From Acholeplasmataceae bacterium (lineage in GTDB: Bacteria > Bacillota_I > Bacilli_A > Acholeplasmatales > Acholeplasmataceae), in assembly GCA_021108415.1 (NCBI GenBank), contig JAIOQX010000004.1:6189-70188 (forward strand): 64,000 bases of DNA, read 5' to 3'. The stretch's first letter is position 1. Every line of letters starts with the position of its first letter. The notes under the pieces were generated by a model. That model had not been told where the DNA came from. It saw only the letters and a list, made by a program, of their open reading frames with translations, and made no database searches. A program made the position numbers and the translations under genes. Positions 40,473-49,890 of the stretch are shown piece by piece.

Positions 40473-41552
40473 ATGAGCGATTTTAAACACTTTGACTACA
40501 TGGCTAAACATAGATATGAGCAGGTAGTCTATTTTTATGACAAAACGACAGGATTGAAAGGTATTACATGTATTCATAATACAACTTTAGGACCAGCCCT
40601 TGGTGGAACTAGACTTTGGAATTATGAAACAGAGGAAGAAGCAGTCTTAGATTGCTTAAGATTATCAAGAGGTATGACATATAAAGCTGCAGCAGCTGGT
40701 CTTAATCTTGGTGGGGGTAAGACAGTATTGATTGGTGAAGCAGATAAAGTCAAATCTGAAGCATATTTTAGAGCGTTAGGTAGATATGTCCAATCCTTAA
40801 ATGGCAGATATATAACAGCTGAAGATGTAAATACATCAACAAAAGATATGGACTTTGTAAATATGGAAACCGATTATGTTGTAGGTCTTGAAGGTAAGAG
40901 TGGAAATCCATCACCAATGACTGCTTTAGGTGCGTTTCATGGTATTAGAGCATCATTAAAACATAAATTTGGTGATGAAGATATTAGTAAATACACTTTT
41001 GCTGTACAAGGTGCAGGACAAACTGGTTATTATTTAATTAAGCATTTAGTTGAGAAAAAAGCTAAGAAAATTTATTTTTCTGAAATTAATGAAAAACATA
41101 TTAAAAGATTACAAAAAGAAAATCCACAAGTTGAATTTGTTAAACCGGAAGATTTTTATCAATTAGATGTTGATGTATTGGTTCCTTGTGCATTAGGTGG
41201 ATCTCTAAATTCTAAAACTATTCCACAAATTAAAGCAAAAATTGTTGCAGGAACTGCAAACAATGTTTTATTAGATGAAGATATTCATGGTGATATGTTA
41301 AAAGATAAAGGTATTTTATATGCACCAGATTTTGTAATTAATGCGGGTGGATTAATCAATGTTTATCACGAATTATTAACTTATAACGTTGGTAGAGCAA
41401 CAAGAGATATTGAAAAAATATATGATAGATTATTAGATATATTCGAAATTGCAGAAAGAGAAAATATCAATACTCATTTAGCAGCAAAAGTATTTGCTAA
41501 AAATAGAATTGAAACAATTAATCATCTACATGATAATTACATTAAAAGATAG
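40473..41552 (+). CDS. Leucine (Glu/Leu/Phe/Val) dehydrogenase
   Basis: IHNTTLGPALGGTR, LSRGMTYK, GGGKTV, YITAEDV, GNPSPMTA, YAPDFVINAGG. Confidence 0.93.
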   Translation: MSDFKHFDYMAKHRYEQVVYFYDKTTGLKGITCIHNTTLGPALGGTRLWNYETEEEAVLDCLRLSRGMTYKAAAAGLNLGGGKTVLIGEADKVKSEAYFRALGRYVQSLNGRYITAEDVNTSTKDMDFVNMETDYVVGLEGKSGNPSPMTALGAFHGIRASLKHKFGDEDISKYTFAVQGAGQTGYYLIKHLVEKKAKKIYFSEINEKHIKRLQKENPQVEFVKPEDFYQLDVDVLVPCALGGSLNSKTIPQIKAKIVAGTANNVLLDEDIHGDMLKDKGILYAPDFVINAGGLINVYHELLTYNVGRATRDIEKIYDRLLDIFEIAERENINTHLAAKVFAKNRIETINHLHDNYIKR

Positions 41553-41563
41553 GAAGTGATTAG

Positions 41564-41785
41564 ATGAAAAAAGGAAGTCTTACATTTAGCAATGAAGAAT
41601 GTAAAGGATGTCAATTGTGTATCAGTGCATGTCCAGTTGATATTTTATATTTAGACAAAGAAAGAATGAATAAAAAAGGATATCACTTAATAAGTGTTAC
41701 TGATATGGATAAATGTATAGGTTGTGCAAATTGTGCAATTATTTGTCCGGATTCTGTCATTAAAGTTGAGGTGGAACAACGATGA
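41564..41785 (+). CDS. 2x[4Fe-4S] ferredoxin (Vor delta-type subunit)
   Basis: CKGCQLCISACP and CIGCANCAIICP. Confidence 0.92.
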   Translation: MKKGSLTFSNEECKGCQLCISACPVDILYLDKERMNKKGYHLISVTDMDKCIGCANCAIICPDSVIKVEVEQR

Positions 41786-42849
41786 GTAAAGTATTAATGA
41801 AAGGTAACGAAGCAATCGCAAAAGCAGCTATGAAAGCTGGTTTGGAATGCTATTTTGGATATCCAATTACACCTCAAAATGAAGTACCAGAATACTTATC
41901 AAAACTATTACCTGAAGCTGGTAAAGTATTTGTTCAAGCAGAAAGCGAAGTCGCTGCAATCAATATGGTTTACGGTGCGGCAGGCTCTGGTAAAAGAGTA
42001 ATGACCTCATCATCATCTGTAGGGATTGCGTTAAAGCAAGAAGGGATCAGTTATATCGCTGGTGCTGAATTGCCTTGTGTGATTGGTTCAGTGATGAGAG
42101 GAGGACCTGGATTGGGCTCTATACAGCCAGCTCAGGGTGATTACTATCAAGCAACAAGAGGTGGTGGAAATGGTGATTATCATGTCATTGTATTTGCCCC
42201 TGAATCAGTTCAAGAAACAGTTGATTTGATGAAAGATGCATTTGATGTTGCTGATACATATAGAAATCCAGTTATGATTTTAGCTGATGGCCTTATCGGT
42301 CAAATGATGGAGTCTGTTGATCTTGATAGACCTGTTAAAAAAAGAAAGTTACCTGAAAAAACATGGGCAGCAACTGGTATGAAAAATCATGAAGGTAGAA
42401 ATGTAATTAATAGTTTATTCTTAGATGCAAATGAATTAGAATTACATAATTTAAAATTGCAAAAGAAATATAAAGAAGTTATTAAAAATGAAGTAAAATA
42501 TGAAATGATTAATATGGGAAATCCAGATTATGTCATTGTTGCATATGGAACAACAGCTAGAATTTGTAGATCTTCTATAGAAATCTTAAAAGAAAATGGT
42601 ATTAATGTTGGTATGATTAGACCAATTTCTCTTTGGCCATATCCTAAGAAAGCTTTTGATTTGATTCCAAAGAGTGTAAAAGGATTAATGGTTGTTGAAA
42701 TGTCTTTAGGACAAATGTTAGATGATGTTTTAATTTCGGATAAAGGAAGACATAAAGTGGCATTTTATGGTAGAGCTGGTGGCATTGTTCCTGAACCAGA
42801 AGAAATTGTAGAAGCAATTATGACATTTGATGAAAGGTTGGTGGACTAA
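41782..42849 (+). CDS. vorB: Branched-chain 2-oxoacid:ferredoxin oxidoreductase alpha subunit (VorB-type)
   Basis: MKGNEA, YFGYPITPQNE, QAESEVAA, KQEGISY, RGGPGLG.IQP.QGDY. Confidence 0.9.
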   Translation: MSKVLMKGNEAIAKAAMKAGLECYFGYPITPQNEVPEYLSKLLPEAGKVFVQAESEVAAINMVYGAAGSGKRVMTSSSSVGIALKQEGISYIAGAELPCVIGSVMRGGPGLGSIQPAQGDYYQATRGGGNGDYHVIVFAPESVQETVDLMKDAFDVADTYRNPVMILADGLIGQMMESVDLDRPVKKRKLPEKTWAATGMKNHEGRNVINSLFLDANELELHNLKLQKKYKEVIKNEVKYEMINMGNPDYVIVAYGTTARICRSSIEILKENGINVGMIRPISLWPYPKKAFDLIPKSVKGLMVVEMSLGQMLDDVLISDKGRHKVAFYGRAGGIVPEPEEIVEAIMTFDERLVD

Positions 42850-43593
42850 ATGATAAAATATGAAAGATCAAATGGTCTTACTGATAAACCTACACATTAT
42901 TGTCCAGGGTGTACACATGGTATTCTGCATAAATTAGTTGCAGAAGTCTTAGATGAATTGGGAGTTTTAGATCATACAGTCGGTGTTGCATCTGTTGGAT
43001 GTTCAGTTTTTAGTTATGAATATTTTAATTGTGATATGCAACAAGCTGCACACGGAAGAGCATGTGCAGTTGCAACTGGAATTAAAAGATCTTTACCTGA
43101 AAATATAGTGTTTACATATCAAGGTGATGGTGATTTAGCTTCTATTGGTATCGCAGAAACAATTCATGCAGCTAATAGAGGAGAAAATTTTACAGTTATT
43201 TATGCGAACAACACAACTTATGGTATGACTGGTGGTCAAATGGCCCCAACTACATTATTAGGGCAAAAGACAACGACTTCACAAGATGGTCGTATCAAGG
43301 AAATGCATGGTGTACCAATTAAAATGGCAGAAATACTATCACAAGTAGAAGGTGCTACTTATGTTGAACGCGTGATGCTTACAGATGTTGGTAATATTAG
43401 AAAAGCGAAAAGAGCAATCAAGAAAGCATTTACGTATCAAATGGAAGGCAAAGGTTTTTCATTGATTGAAGTTTTATCGACGTGTCCAGTAAATTGGAAG
43501 ATGTCACCTACTGATGCGCTAGATCGTATCAAAGAAGAAATGGTCCCAATCTTTCCTTTAGGCGTGTTTAAGGATGTGATTGATCATGATTAG
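42850..43593 (+). CDS. 2-oxoacid:ferredoxin oxidoreductase beta (TPP-binding) subunit
   Basis: HYCPGCTHG, VGCSV, AAHGRA, YQGDGDL, YGMTGGQMAPT, STCP. Confidence 0.92.
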   Translation: MIKYERSNGLTDKPTHYCPGCTHGILHKLVAEVLDELGVLDHTVGVASVGCSVFSYEYFNCDMQQAAHGRACAVATGIKRSLPENIVFTYQGDGDLASIGIAETIHAANRGENFTVIYANNTTYGMTGGQMAPTTLLGQKTTTSQDGRIKEMHGVPIKMAEILSQVEGATYVERVMLTDVGNIRKAKRAIKKAFTYQMEGKGFSLIEVLSTCPVNWKMSPTDALDRIKEEMVPIFPLGVFKDVIDHD

Positions 43594-44116
43594 AAGAATT
43601 AGAATTGCTGGTTTTGGTGGACAAGGTGTCATGTTAACAGGTCAACTTTTAGCATATGCTGCAAATGAACAAGGATTATATAGTGTTTGGGTACCAACAT
43701 ATGGACCTGAAACTAGAGGAGGAACTGCAAACTGTGCAGTAACTATTAGTGATAAACCTATATATTCACCAATCTTCAAAAAAGCTGATGACTTATTAGT
43801 CTTTAATTTACCTTCACTTCATAAATTCCAAGAACAAATCACAAGTGATGGAAATATATTTTACAACTCATCATTAATCGAAGAAGAAGTGAAACAACCT
43901 TTTCATTTATATGGCGTACCAATGAACCAGATTGCAAATGAATTAGGAACACCTCAAGTTGCCAATATGGTTATGTTTGGTGCATATTTAAAGGTATCAA
44001 ATATCTTTAAAGATGATATTATACAAAAGAGTTTAAAATATTTCTTAAAAGGATCTAAAGAAACATTGCTTCCGGTTAACCAAAAAGCAATTGCTATTGG
44101 ATATGATTATGTTTAA
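43586..44116 (+). CDS. 2-oxoacid:ferredoxin oxidoreductase gamma subunit
   Basis: AGFGGQG, PTYGPETRGG, ANMVMFGA. Confidence 0.92.
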   Translation: MIRRIRIAGFGGQGVMLTGQLLAYAANEQGLYSVWVPTYGPETRGGTANCAVTISDKPIYSPIFKKADDLLVFNLPSLHKFQEQITSDGNIFYNSSLIEEEVKQPFHLYGVPMNQIANELGTPQVANMVMFGAYLKVSNIFKDDIIQKSLKYFLKGSKETLLPVNQKAIAIGYDYV

Positions 44117-44121
44117 AAAGT

Positions 44122-44148
44122 AAAGAGGAAGTAAAATTCCTCTTTTTT
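44122..44148 (+). terminator. Terminator of ldh-vor operon
   Basis: aaagaggaa-gtaaaa-ttcctcttt plus T run. Confidence 0.72.
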
Positions 44149-44235
44149 CTATCACTTTGTCAAAAAGCATATTAAAAGAATTCTATACATGCTATAATTG
44201 AATTAATAAAAATCTATAAAAACAAAGGAGTATAT

Positions 44236-45843
44236 ATGAAACTCGATTATAAAAAAACGTTTTACATCGGTTTAGCTTTTTTCATTATCACTATTTTTTG
44301 GCAAACATACGATAATATTATTGCAAAAATAATGATTGATAAATTTGGATTAAACCAAACAGCTTCAGGTGTTGTGATGGCTCTAGATAACATCTTAGCA
44401 TTGTTTATGCTACCTCTCTTTGGTGCCTTATCTGATAAGTCAAATCACAAAAGAGGAAGAAGAACGCCTTTTGTTATTGTAGGTACCGTTGTAGCTGCAT
44501 TTGCTTTTATGGGACTATCTTATATGGACAATGTTCAAACTGCGCGTATAGAACAAACAGAAATTATCGGCTTATATGATGCATATAAAGATGATGATAT
44601 GCGAAAAAATGAAAGCTTCTGGGATGGTTTGCTTACAGATATGGAAGCTGAGAGAAGCTTAAAACTAGCTGATGGTGATATCACACAAAAAGCTTATGAC
44701 AAGTATAGAGAAACTTCATATGCGAATATTTCAAAAGTATTAGATGATAATCAAGGTACAGAATTATCAGTAGGTAATCTAGCATATCTTAATGATTACT
44801 ATCAGACATATTTATCAACACTTGCTTGGGAAGAAACTGCACAATCACCATTTAACTTTATTGTTTTTGTTTCAGTATTGTTAATTGCGTTAATTGCAAT
44901 GTCTACATTTAGATCACCAGCAGTAAGTTTAATGCCTGATGTAACAATTAAACCGCTTAGATCAAAAGCTAATGCAATCATTAATCTAATGGGTGCAGCA
45001 GCTGGTACAACGGCTTTAATTTTACTTAAAGTTTTAAAACTAGATGGCAGATCATATGTTCACTATACATTAGCATTTATTATTGTTGGTGTAATCATGT
45101 TAACGGTTTTAGTCATTTTCTTATGGAAAGTTAAAGAACCAAAACTAGTTTTAGATAAAGAAGCAGAAGATGTTAAGTTTAATTTAGTAGAATCTGAAGA
45201 AGAAGTACAAAACATGAATACATTACCAAGAGATAAGAAGATATCTCTTATACTTATTCTAGCTTCAGTATTTCTATGGTTTATGGGATATAATGCGATT
45301 ATCTCAAAAGTTTCAGATTATGTTCCGCATATTCTACAATTGCCTTCGTTTACACTTCCTTTATTGGTCGCAAACGTAACCGCAATTATCGCGTTTATTC
45401 CAATAGGTATCTTATCAACTAAGATTGGTAGAAAAAAAGCGATTCTTATCGGTATTGTTTTATTAACTATTTGTTTTGGATCTGCATCATTTGTTAATGA
45501 AAGTACTGGATGGGTTATGTATATAATCTTTGGTTTAACAGGTATTGCATGGGCTTCAATTAACGTAAACTCATATCCAATGGTTGTTGAACTGGCTAAA
45601 GGTTCTAATGTGGGTAAATATACTGGATATTATTATGCATTTTCAATGGCAGCTCAAATTTTAACACCAATTCTATCGGGTGTATTTATGGATTATGTAT
45701 TTAAAACTAGATTAATTTTATTCCCTTATGCGGCTATTTTCGTTGCAGCAAGCTTTATCACAATGTTCTTTACGAAACACGGAGACTCTGACTACCATGA
45801 GAAAAAAGGACTATTAGAAAGTTTTGATGTGGATATGGATTAA
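44236..45843 (+). CDS. MFS transporter (SLC45/maltose-sucrose-like) with a long soluble insertion
   Basis: PLFGALSDK, GRRTPF, RSPAVSLMPDVT, NSYPMVVEL, GKYTGYYY. Confidence 0.88.
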   Translation: MKLDYKKTFYIGLAFFIITIFWQTYDNIIAKIMIDKFGLNQTASGVVMALDNILALFMLPLFGALSDKSNHKRGRRTPFVIVGTVVAAFAFMGLSYMDNVQTARIEQTEIIGLYDAYKDDDMRKNESFWDGLLTDMEAERSLKLADGDITQKAYDKYRETSYANISKVLDDNQGTELSVGNLAYLNDYYQTYLSTLAWEETAQSPFNFIVFVSVLLIALIAMSTFRSPAVSLMPDVTIKPLRSKANAIINLMGAAAGTTALILLKVLKLDGRSYVHYTLAFIIVGVIMLTVLVIFLWKVKEPKLVLDKEAEDVKFNLVESEEEVQNMNTLPRDKKISLILILASVFLWFMGYNAIISKVSDYVPHILQLPSFTLPLLVANVTAIIAFIPIGILSTKIGRKKAILIGIVLLTICFGSASFVNESTGWVMYIIFGLTGIAWASINVNSYPMVVELAKGSNVGKYTGYYYAFSMAAQILTPILSGVFMDYVFKTRLILFPYAAIFVAASFITMFFTKHGDSDYHEKKGLLESFDVDMD

Positions 45844-45868
45844 AATATTACAAACAAAATAAATATAG

Positions 45869-45908
45869 ACATGCTTATGAAAAGTTAAAACATAAGCATG
45901 TTTTTTTT
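45869..45908 (+). terminator. Intrinsic terminator
   Basis: acatgcttatg-N11-cataagcatgt plus T run. Confidence 0.75.
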
Positions 45909-45974
45909 ATTATATTTACGTGCATTTTCAAACAATATTTGATATAATATCTCTTATAAGAGAAGGTAGATGTC

Positions 45975-47891
45975 ATGGATTTAGAGAAACGTCAGTTAGT
46001 CATAAAATTATATATCCTTGTTGTCTCAATCATAGCTTTTTTAGAAGTTACATTTAGATTGAGCATTATGGGATCATTTAAAATAGAAAATCTTTTTAGA
46101 ATTTTCATTTTTGTCAATGCCTATGCACTCATTATAGTGTTTTTAATTAGATCTCTACCTAGTAAAGTGGTAAGGTATTTTACATTTATTGTTATATTAA
46201 GTATTATCTTTTTCTATTTAACTCAAGATTTATATTATAGAGTTTTAAGTGGGTTCTTCTCATTTTCCGTTTTAGGAGATGCACATGCTGGATTTGCATT
46301 TTTAGGTAAAGTGGTAACATCAATTACATGGGTACATATCTTATATATTGTGCCAATCTATATTGCTATTAGATATTTTAGAAAATATAAGAAAAATTTA
46401 ATCCCTAAAAAGTTTTTATCATTTGTTTCATCAAAAGATTTTGCATTTTCAACATTTTTAACAATTTCAGTGTTTTTATTAGCTGTTTATACTATTCCAA
46501 CGACAAATTCTATAATCGGTGATTCACCTTATGCATATTCCACTTATGATTTATATGTTGAAAATCCAAGTGCATTTCAAACAATTAATAAGTTTGGGGT
46601 GTTAACTTATCTGCAACGCGATATTGTTACTACATTTAATTCAAATGATGATGTTGAAACTATTGATGATATGATTACCGCATATTTAGATACAAGGGTA
46701 GAACACGAAGATAATGCATATACAGGTTATTTTGAAGGTAAGAACTTAATTTTAATTATGGCTGAGTCATTTGACACATATGCCATAGATCCAAGTCTAA
46801 CACCAAATATTTACGAGATGCAACAACATAGTTGGAATTTCACATCATATTATTCTCCATTATTTTTTAGAAATACTGCAGATACAGAATTTATGAGTCA
46901 AACTGGGCTTTACGCACACAAGAGTGTGAATCTAACAATGGAAACATTTAGAGATAATAAATTTCCTAATACCATACCTATGTTATTTGAAGAACAAGGA
47001 TATGGCACATATTCTTTTCACAATTATACAGATTACTTTTATCCTAGATCAGAGTTCCATCCAGAAACTCTAGGCTATGATGAATATTATGGAGCAGTTG
47101 CTTTAGGTATGCTTGAAGAGTCAAGTGGTGTACTTATTCACCATGAGTGGCAAAGTGATTTAGAATTAGCAAATATGACAGTTGATATCTTAAAAGATAA
47201 AGCACAACCGTTTTTCACTTATATGCTTACTGTTTCAGGCCATCTACCATATAATCATAATCATCCAATCGCAGAAAAAAACATAGAGTTAGTTAGACAA
47301 ATTTTTATCGATGAAGAAAGAGAAATGCCTATTGATGATATCTTATATTATCATGCAGCAAATTATGAACTTGACCTTGCAATAGGAGCATTACTTGATA
47401 GACTTGAAGAAGAAAATATGGCTGATGATACAGTCATCATGATGTATGGTGATCATTATGCATATGGCTTAAATCAAGATGATATTGCTGAATATGATGA
47501 TACAAAAACAATGGAAAACTTATTATCAATTCAAAGAGTTCCTATGATGATTTATCATCCAGACTTAATAAAAGAAGATAAAGATGAAGTGTTTGCGTCC
47601 ATTGATATTATGCCAACCATTTCTAATTTATTCAATTTAGATATTAATTATAGACAAACATTTGGTAAAGACATATTTAGCAATCAAGAAAGATCTGTGC
47701 TCTTTTCAAATGGTAGTGTGTTGACCGACAAGTTCTTATATAATCTTGAAAAAGATGAAATAACGATATTTGATGATACATATACAATCCAAGAAGCAAC
47801 ACTAGTTATTAATGAATATATTTACAGAATGAAAATCAATCAGTGGATATTAGAAGTCGATTATTTTAATGAAGAAGAAGACGAAGAATAA
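45975..47891 (+). CDS. LTA synthase family (sulfatase-fold phosphoglycerol transferase)
   Basis: Five N-terminal TMs; MAESFD, NTADTEF, FHN, SGHLPY, YGDH, DIMPTI. Confidence 0.85.
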   Translation: MDLEKRQLVIKLYILVVSIIAFLEVTFRLSIMGSFKIENLFRIFIFVNAYALIIVFLIRSLPSKVVRYFTFIVILSIIFFYLTQDLYYRVLSGFFSFSVLGDAHAGFAFLGKVVTSITWVHILYIVPIYIAIRYFRKYKKNLIPKKFLSFVSSKDFAFSTFLTISVFLLAVYTIPTTNSIIGDSPYAYSTYDLYVENPSAFQTINKFGVLTYLQRDIVTTFNSNDDVETIDDMITAYLDTRVEHEDNAYTGYFEGKNLILIMAESFDTYAIDPSLTPNIYEMQQHSWNFTSYYSPLFFRNTADTEFMSQTGLYAHKSVNLTMETFRDNKFPNTIPMLFEEQGYGTYSFHNYTDYFYPRSEFHPETLGYDEYYGAVALGMLEESSGVLIHHEWQSDLELANMTVDILKDKAQPFFTYMLTVSGHLPYNHNHPIAEKNIELVRQIFIDEEREMPIDDILYYHAANYELDLAIGALLDRLEEENMADDTVIMMYGDHYAYGLNQDDIAEYDDTKTMENLLSIQRVPMMIYHPDLIKEDKDEVFASIDIMPTISNLFNLDINYRQTFGKDIFSNQERSVLFSNGSVLTDKFLYNLEKDEITIFDDTYTIQEATLVINEYIYRMKINQWILEVDYFNEEEDEE

Positions 47892-47922
47892 AAGGATATC
47901 AGATTAGCTCTGATATCCTTTT
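47890..47922. terminator. Bidirectional terminator
   Basis: aaaaggatatcaga-ttagc-tctgatatcctttt. Confidence 0.8.
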
Positions 47923-48659
47923 CATTTTTTAGGGATAAAATATTCAAATACAACATTATCATAATGCGTTTTAACAAAATCAAAATCTGCTTGTGATCTT
48001 GCAGCATAGCTGATGATTGTTAATCCTCTTTTTTTATATTTGTCTAGATATTTGTTAGGCATATTATGAATGCCATAACTTATGAAATCTGGTTTGGTAA
48101 AGCGATTAAACGAAAGTCTCTTCATGAAATATTTCATAATTTTTGACATAAAAACATTGTCTTCAAAGTATTCAGATATTTGACCTCTGATGATATGTGG
48201 TCTATGTTTTTTTAGGTAATATACAACGTTTGGATGAAAACTAAACACCGCAAAGCTTCCTTTGTACTGATCAATGATATCTACAAATGCTTTGCATAGT
48301 TTTGTCACATCACCTTGAGGTTTTAACTCAATAAGCAGATTTACTTTGCCATCAATTAATTTTAAAACTTCAGTCAATAATGGAATATGATCACCGCTTT
48401 TATAAGTGATTTTTCTGAGCTCATCATAGGTTATTTGATCTAGACTTTGATCTATATCAAAACATCTTTTCAAATCATGATCATGAAAAACGACAACATT
48501 TCCATCTTTTAGTATATTGATATCAAGTTCGATACTTATTTTCTTTTCTATAGCTAGTTTAAAAGCTGTAATCGTATTTTCAGGAACACTGAAATCTTTT
48601 TGATGAAGTCCCCTATGTGCAATAAGATCTTCTTTTAGCCATGTTAAATTTTTTTTCAT
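47922..48659 (-). CDS. Glycerophosphodiester phosphodiesterase
   Basis: IAHRGLH, PENTITAF, ELDI, VVFHD, LLIELK. Confidence 0.9.
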   Translation of the reverse strand: MKKNLTWLKEDLIAHRGLHQKDFSVPENTITAFKLAIEKKISIELDINILKDGNVVVFHDHDLKRCFDIDQSLDQITYDELRKITYKSGDHIPLLTEVLKLIDGKVNLLIELKPQGDVTKLCKAFVDIIDQYKGSFAVFSFHPNVVYYLKKHRPHIIRGQISEYFEDNVFMSKIMKYFMKRLSFNRFTKPDFISYGIHNMPNKYLDKYKKRGLTIISYAARSQADFDFVKTHYDNVVFEYFIPKK

Positions 48660-48662
48660 AGT

Positions 48663-49241
48663 TTAAAATACCGAATAGACAATCATACCTAATAAGGCAG
48701 ATATACCAATGATTTGAACGGGAGAGATTTTTTTTCGTATAAATACTAATGTAAAGACAAGAGTCAATATAATCAGATTTTTAAAATTAAATCCTGCAAA
48801 CTCAAAGATTAATTTTGAAAAATCGATATTTGGAAATATACCTCTAATCATTAATCCAAATGAGACACTAAGGATTAAACCAATCACAGCAGGCTTTAAA
48901 CCCTTAAATGCTTCATTTACAATTCTAGAATTTAAGAATTTAGATCCAAGTGTAGCAATAGATAATATAATGATAAAACTTGGTAGTGCTACACCAATGG
49001 TTGCAGCCATAGCACCAAGGACTCCGTGTTGATTTGTTCCAATAAATGTTGCCATATTGATTGCAATAGGTCCAGGAGTAGATTCAGCAATTCCAATGAA
49101 ATCATAGAGCAGACTTTGTGAGACATATCCACCACCAACAATTTCTTCTTCGATCAGCGGTATCATTGCATACCCACCACCAAAAGTAAATAAACCTATT
49201 TTAAAGAATATCCAAAAGAGATTAAGAAGTTCGAGTATCAT
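48663..49241 (-). CDS. Short-chain chromate transporter family protein (second half)
   Basis: FTFGGGYAMIP, AESTPGPIAINMATFIG. Confidence 0.9.
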   Translation of the reverse strand: MILELLNLFWIFFKIGLFTFGGGYAMIPLIEEEIVGGGYVSQSLLYDFIGIAESTPGPIAINMATFIGTNQHGVLGAMAATIGVALPSFIIILSIATLGSKFLNSRIVNEAFKGLKPAVIGLILSVSFGLMIRGIFPNIDFSKLIFEFAGFNFKNLIILTLVFTLVFIRKKISPVQIIGISALLGMIVYSVF

Positions 49242-49800
49242 CTGCTTTTACCCCCTTTAGACTTTCTAGATAACCAAATAAGATGGCAAAAAGTGCACTA
49301 AATAATAAGATGTATAAAACACTAAATTCAGTGAATAATGATATAAGGATTGATGCAGTCAAAACTAAAATAGAAAACAAAGTGAAATGGATTTTTTTAG
49401 ATAGTTTTAATGCAGCTCTAAAAATAAGAATTGCGACACCTGCTTGAATACCATAAAATGCATATTCAACAAGTTTAAACTCTTTAAATTGAATAATAAA
49501 TAATGAAATGATAGAAATAATAATAAATGATGGGATAATCACACCTAATGTTGCGAGTAAACTGCCTTTAAACTTTGCGATTTTATAACCGATAAATGTA
49601 GCAGAATTTATGGCAAACACGCCTGGGGTAGATTCAGATATAACAAGGATTTTTAAAACATCCTCATCATCAACCCAACCTCTTTTTTCAACAACTTCTT
49701 TTCTCATAATGGGCATCATTGCTAGACCACCACCGAAGGTGAGTGCACCAATTTTTAAAAATGTCCAAAAAAGTTCCCATAAAATATGTTCTTTTTTCAT
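49222..49800 (-). CDS. Short-chain chromate transporter family protein (first half)
   Basis: LTFGGGLAMMP, SESTPGVFAINSATFIG. Confidence 0.9.
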   Translation of the reverse strand: MKKEHILWELFWTFLKIGALTFGGGLAMMPIMRKEVVEKRGWVDDEDVLKILVISESTPGVFAINSATFIGYKIAKFKGSLLATLGVIIPSFIIISIISLFIIQFKEFKLVEYAFYGIQAGVAILIFRAALKLSKKIHFTLFSILVLTASILISLFTEFSVLYILLFSALFAILFGYLESLKGVKADDTRTS

Positions 49801-49890
49801 ATGTCACCTCTACTCGAATTATTATAACACATATTTGGCCGCTAAACATAGTATACTATGTTATAATAATTTTGCAAAGGATGGATGAAA

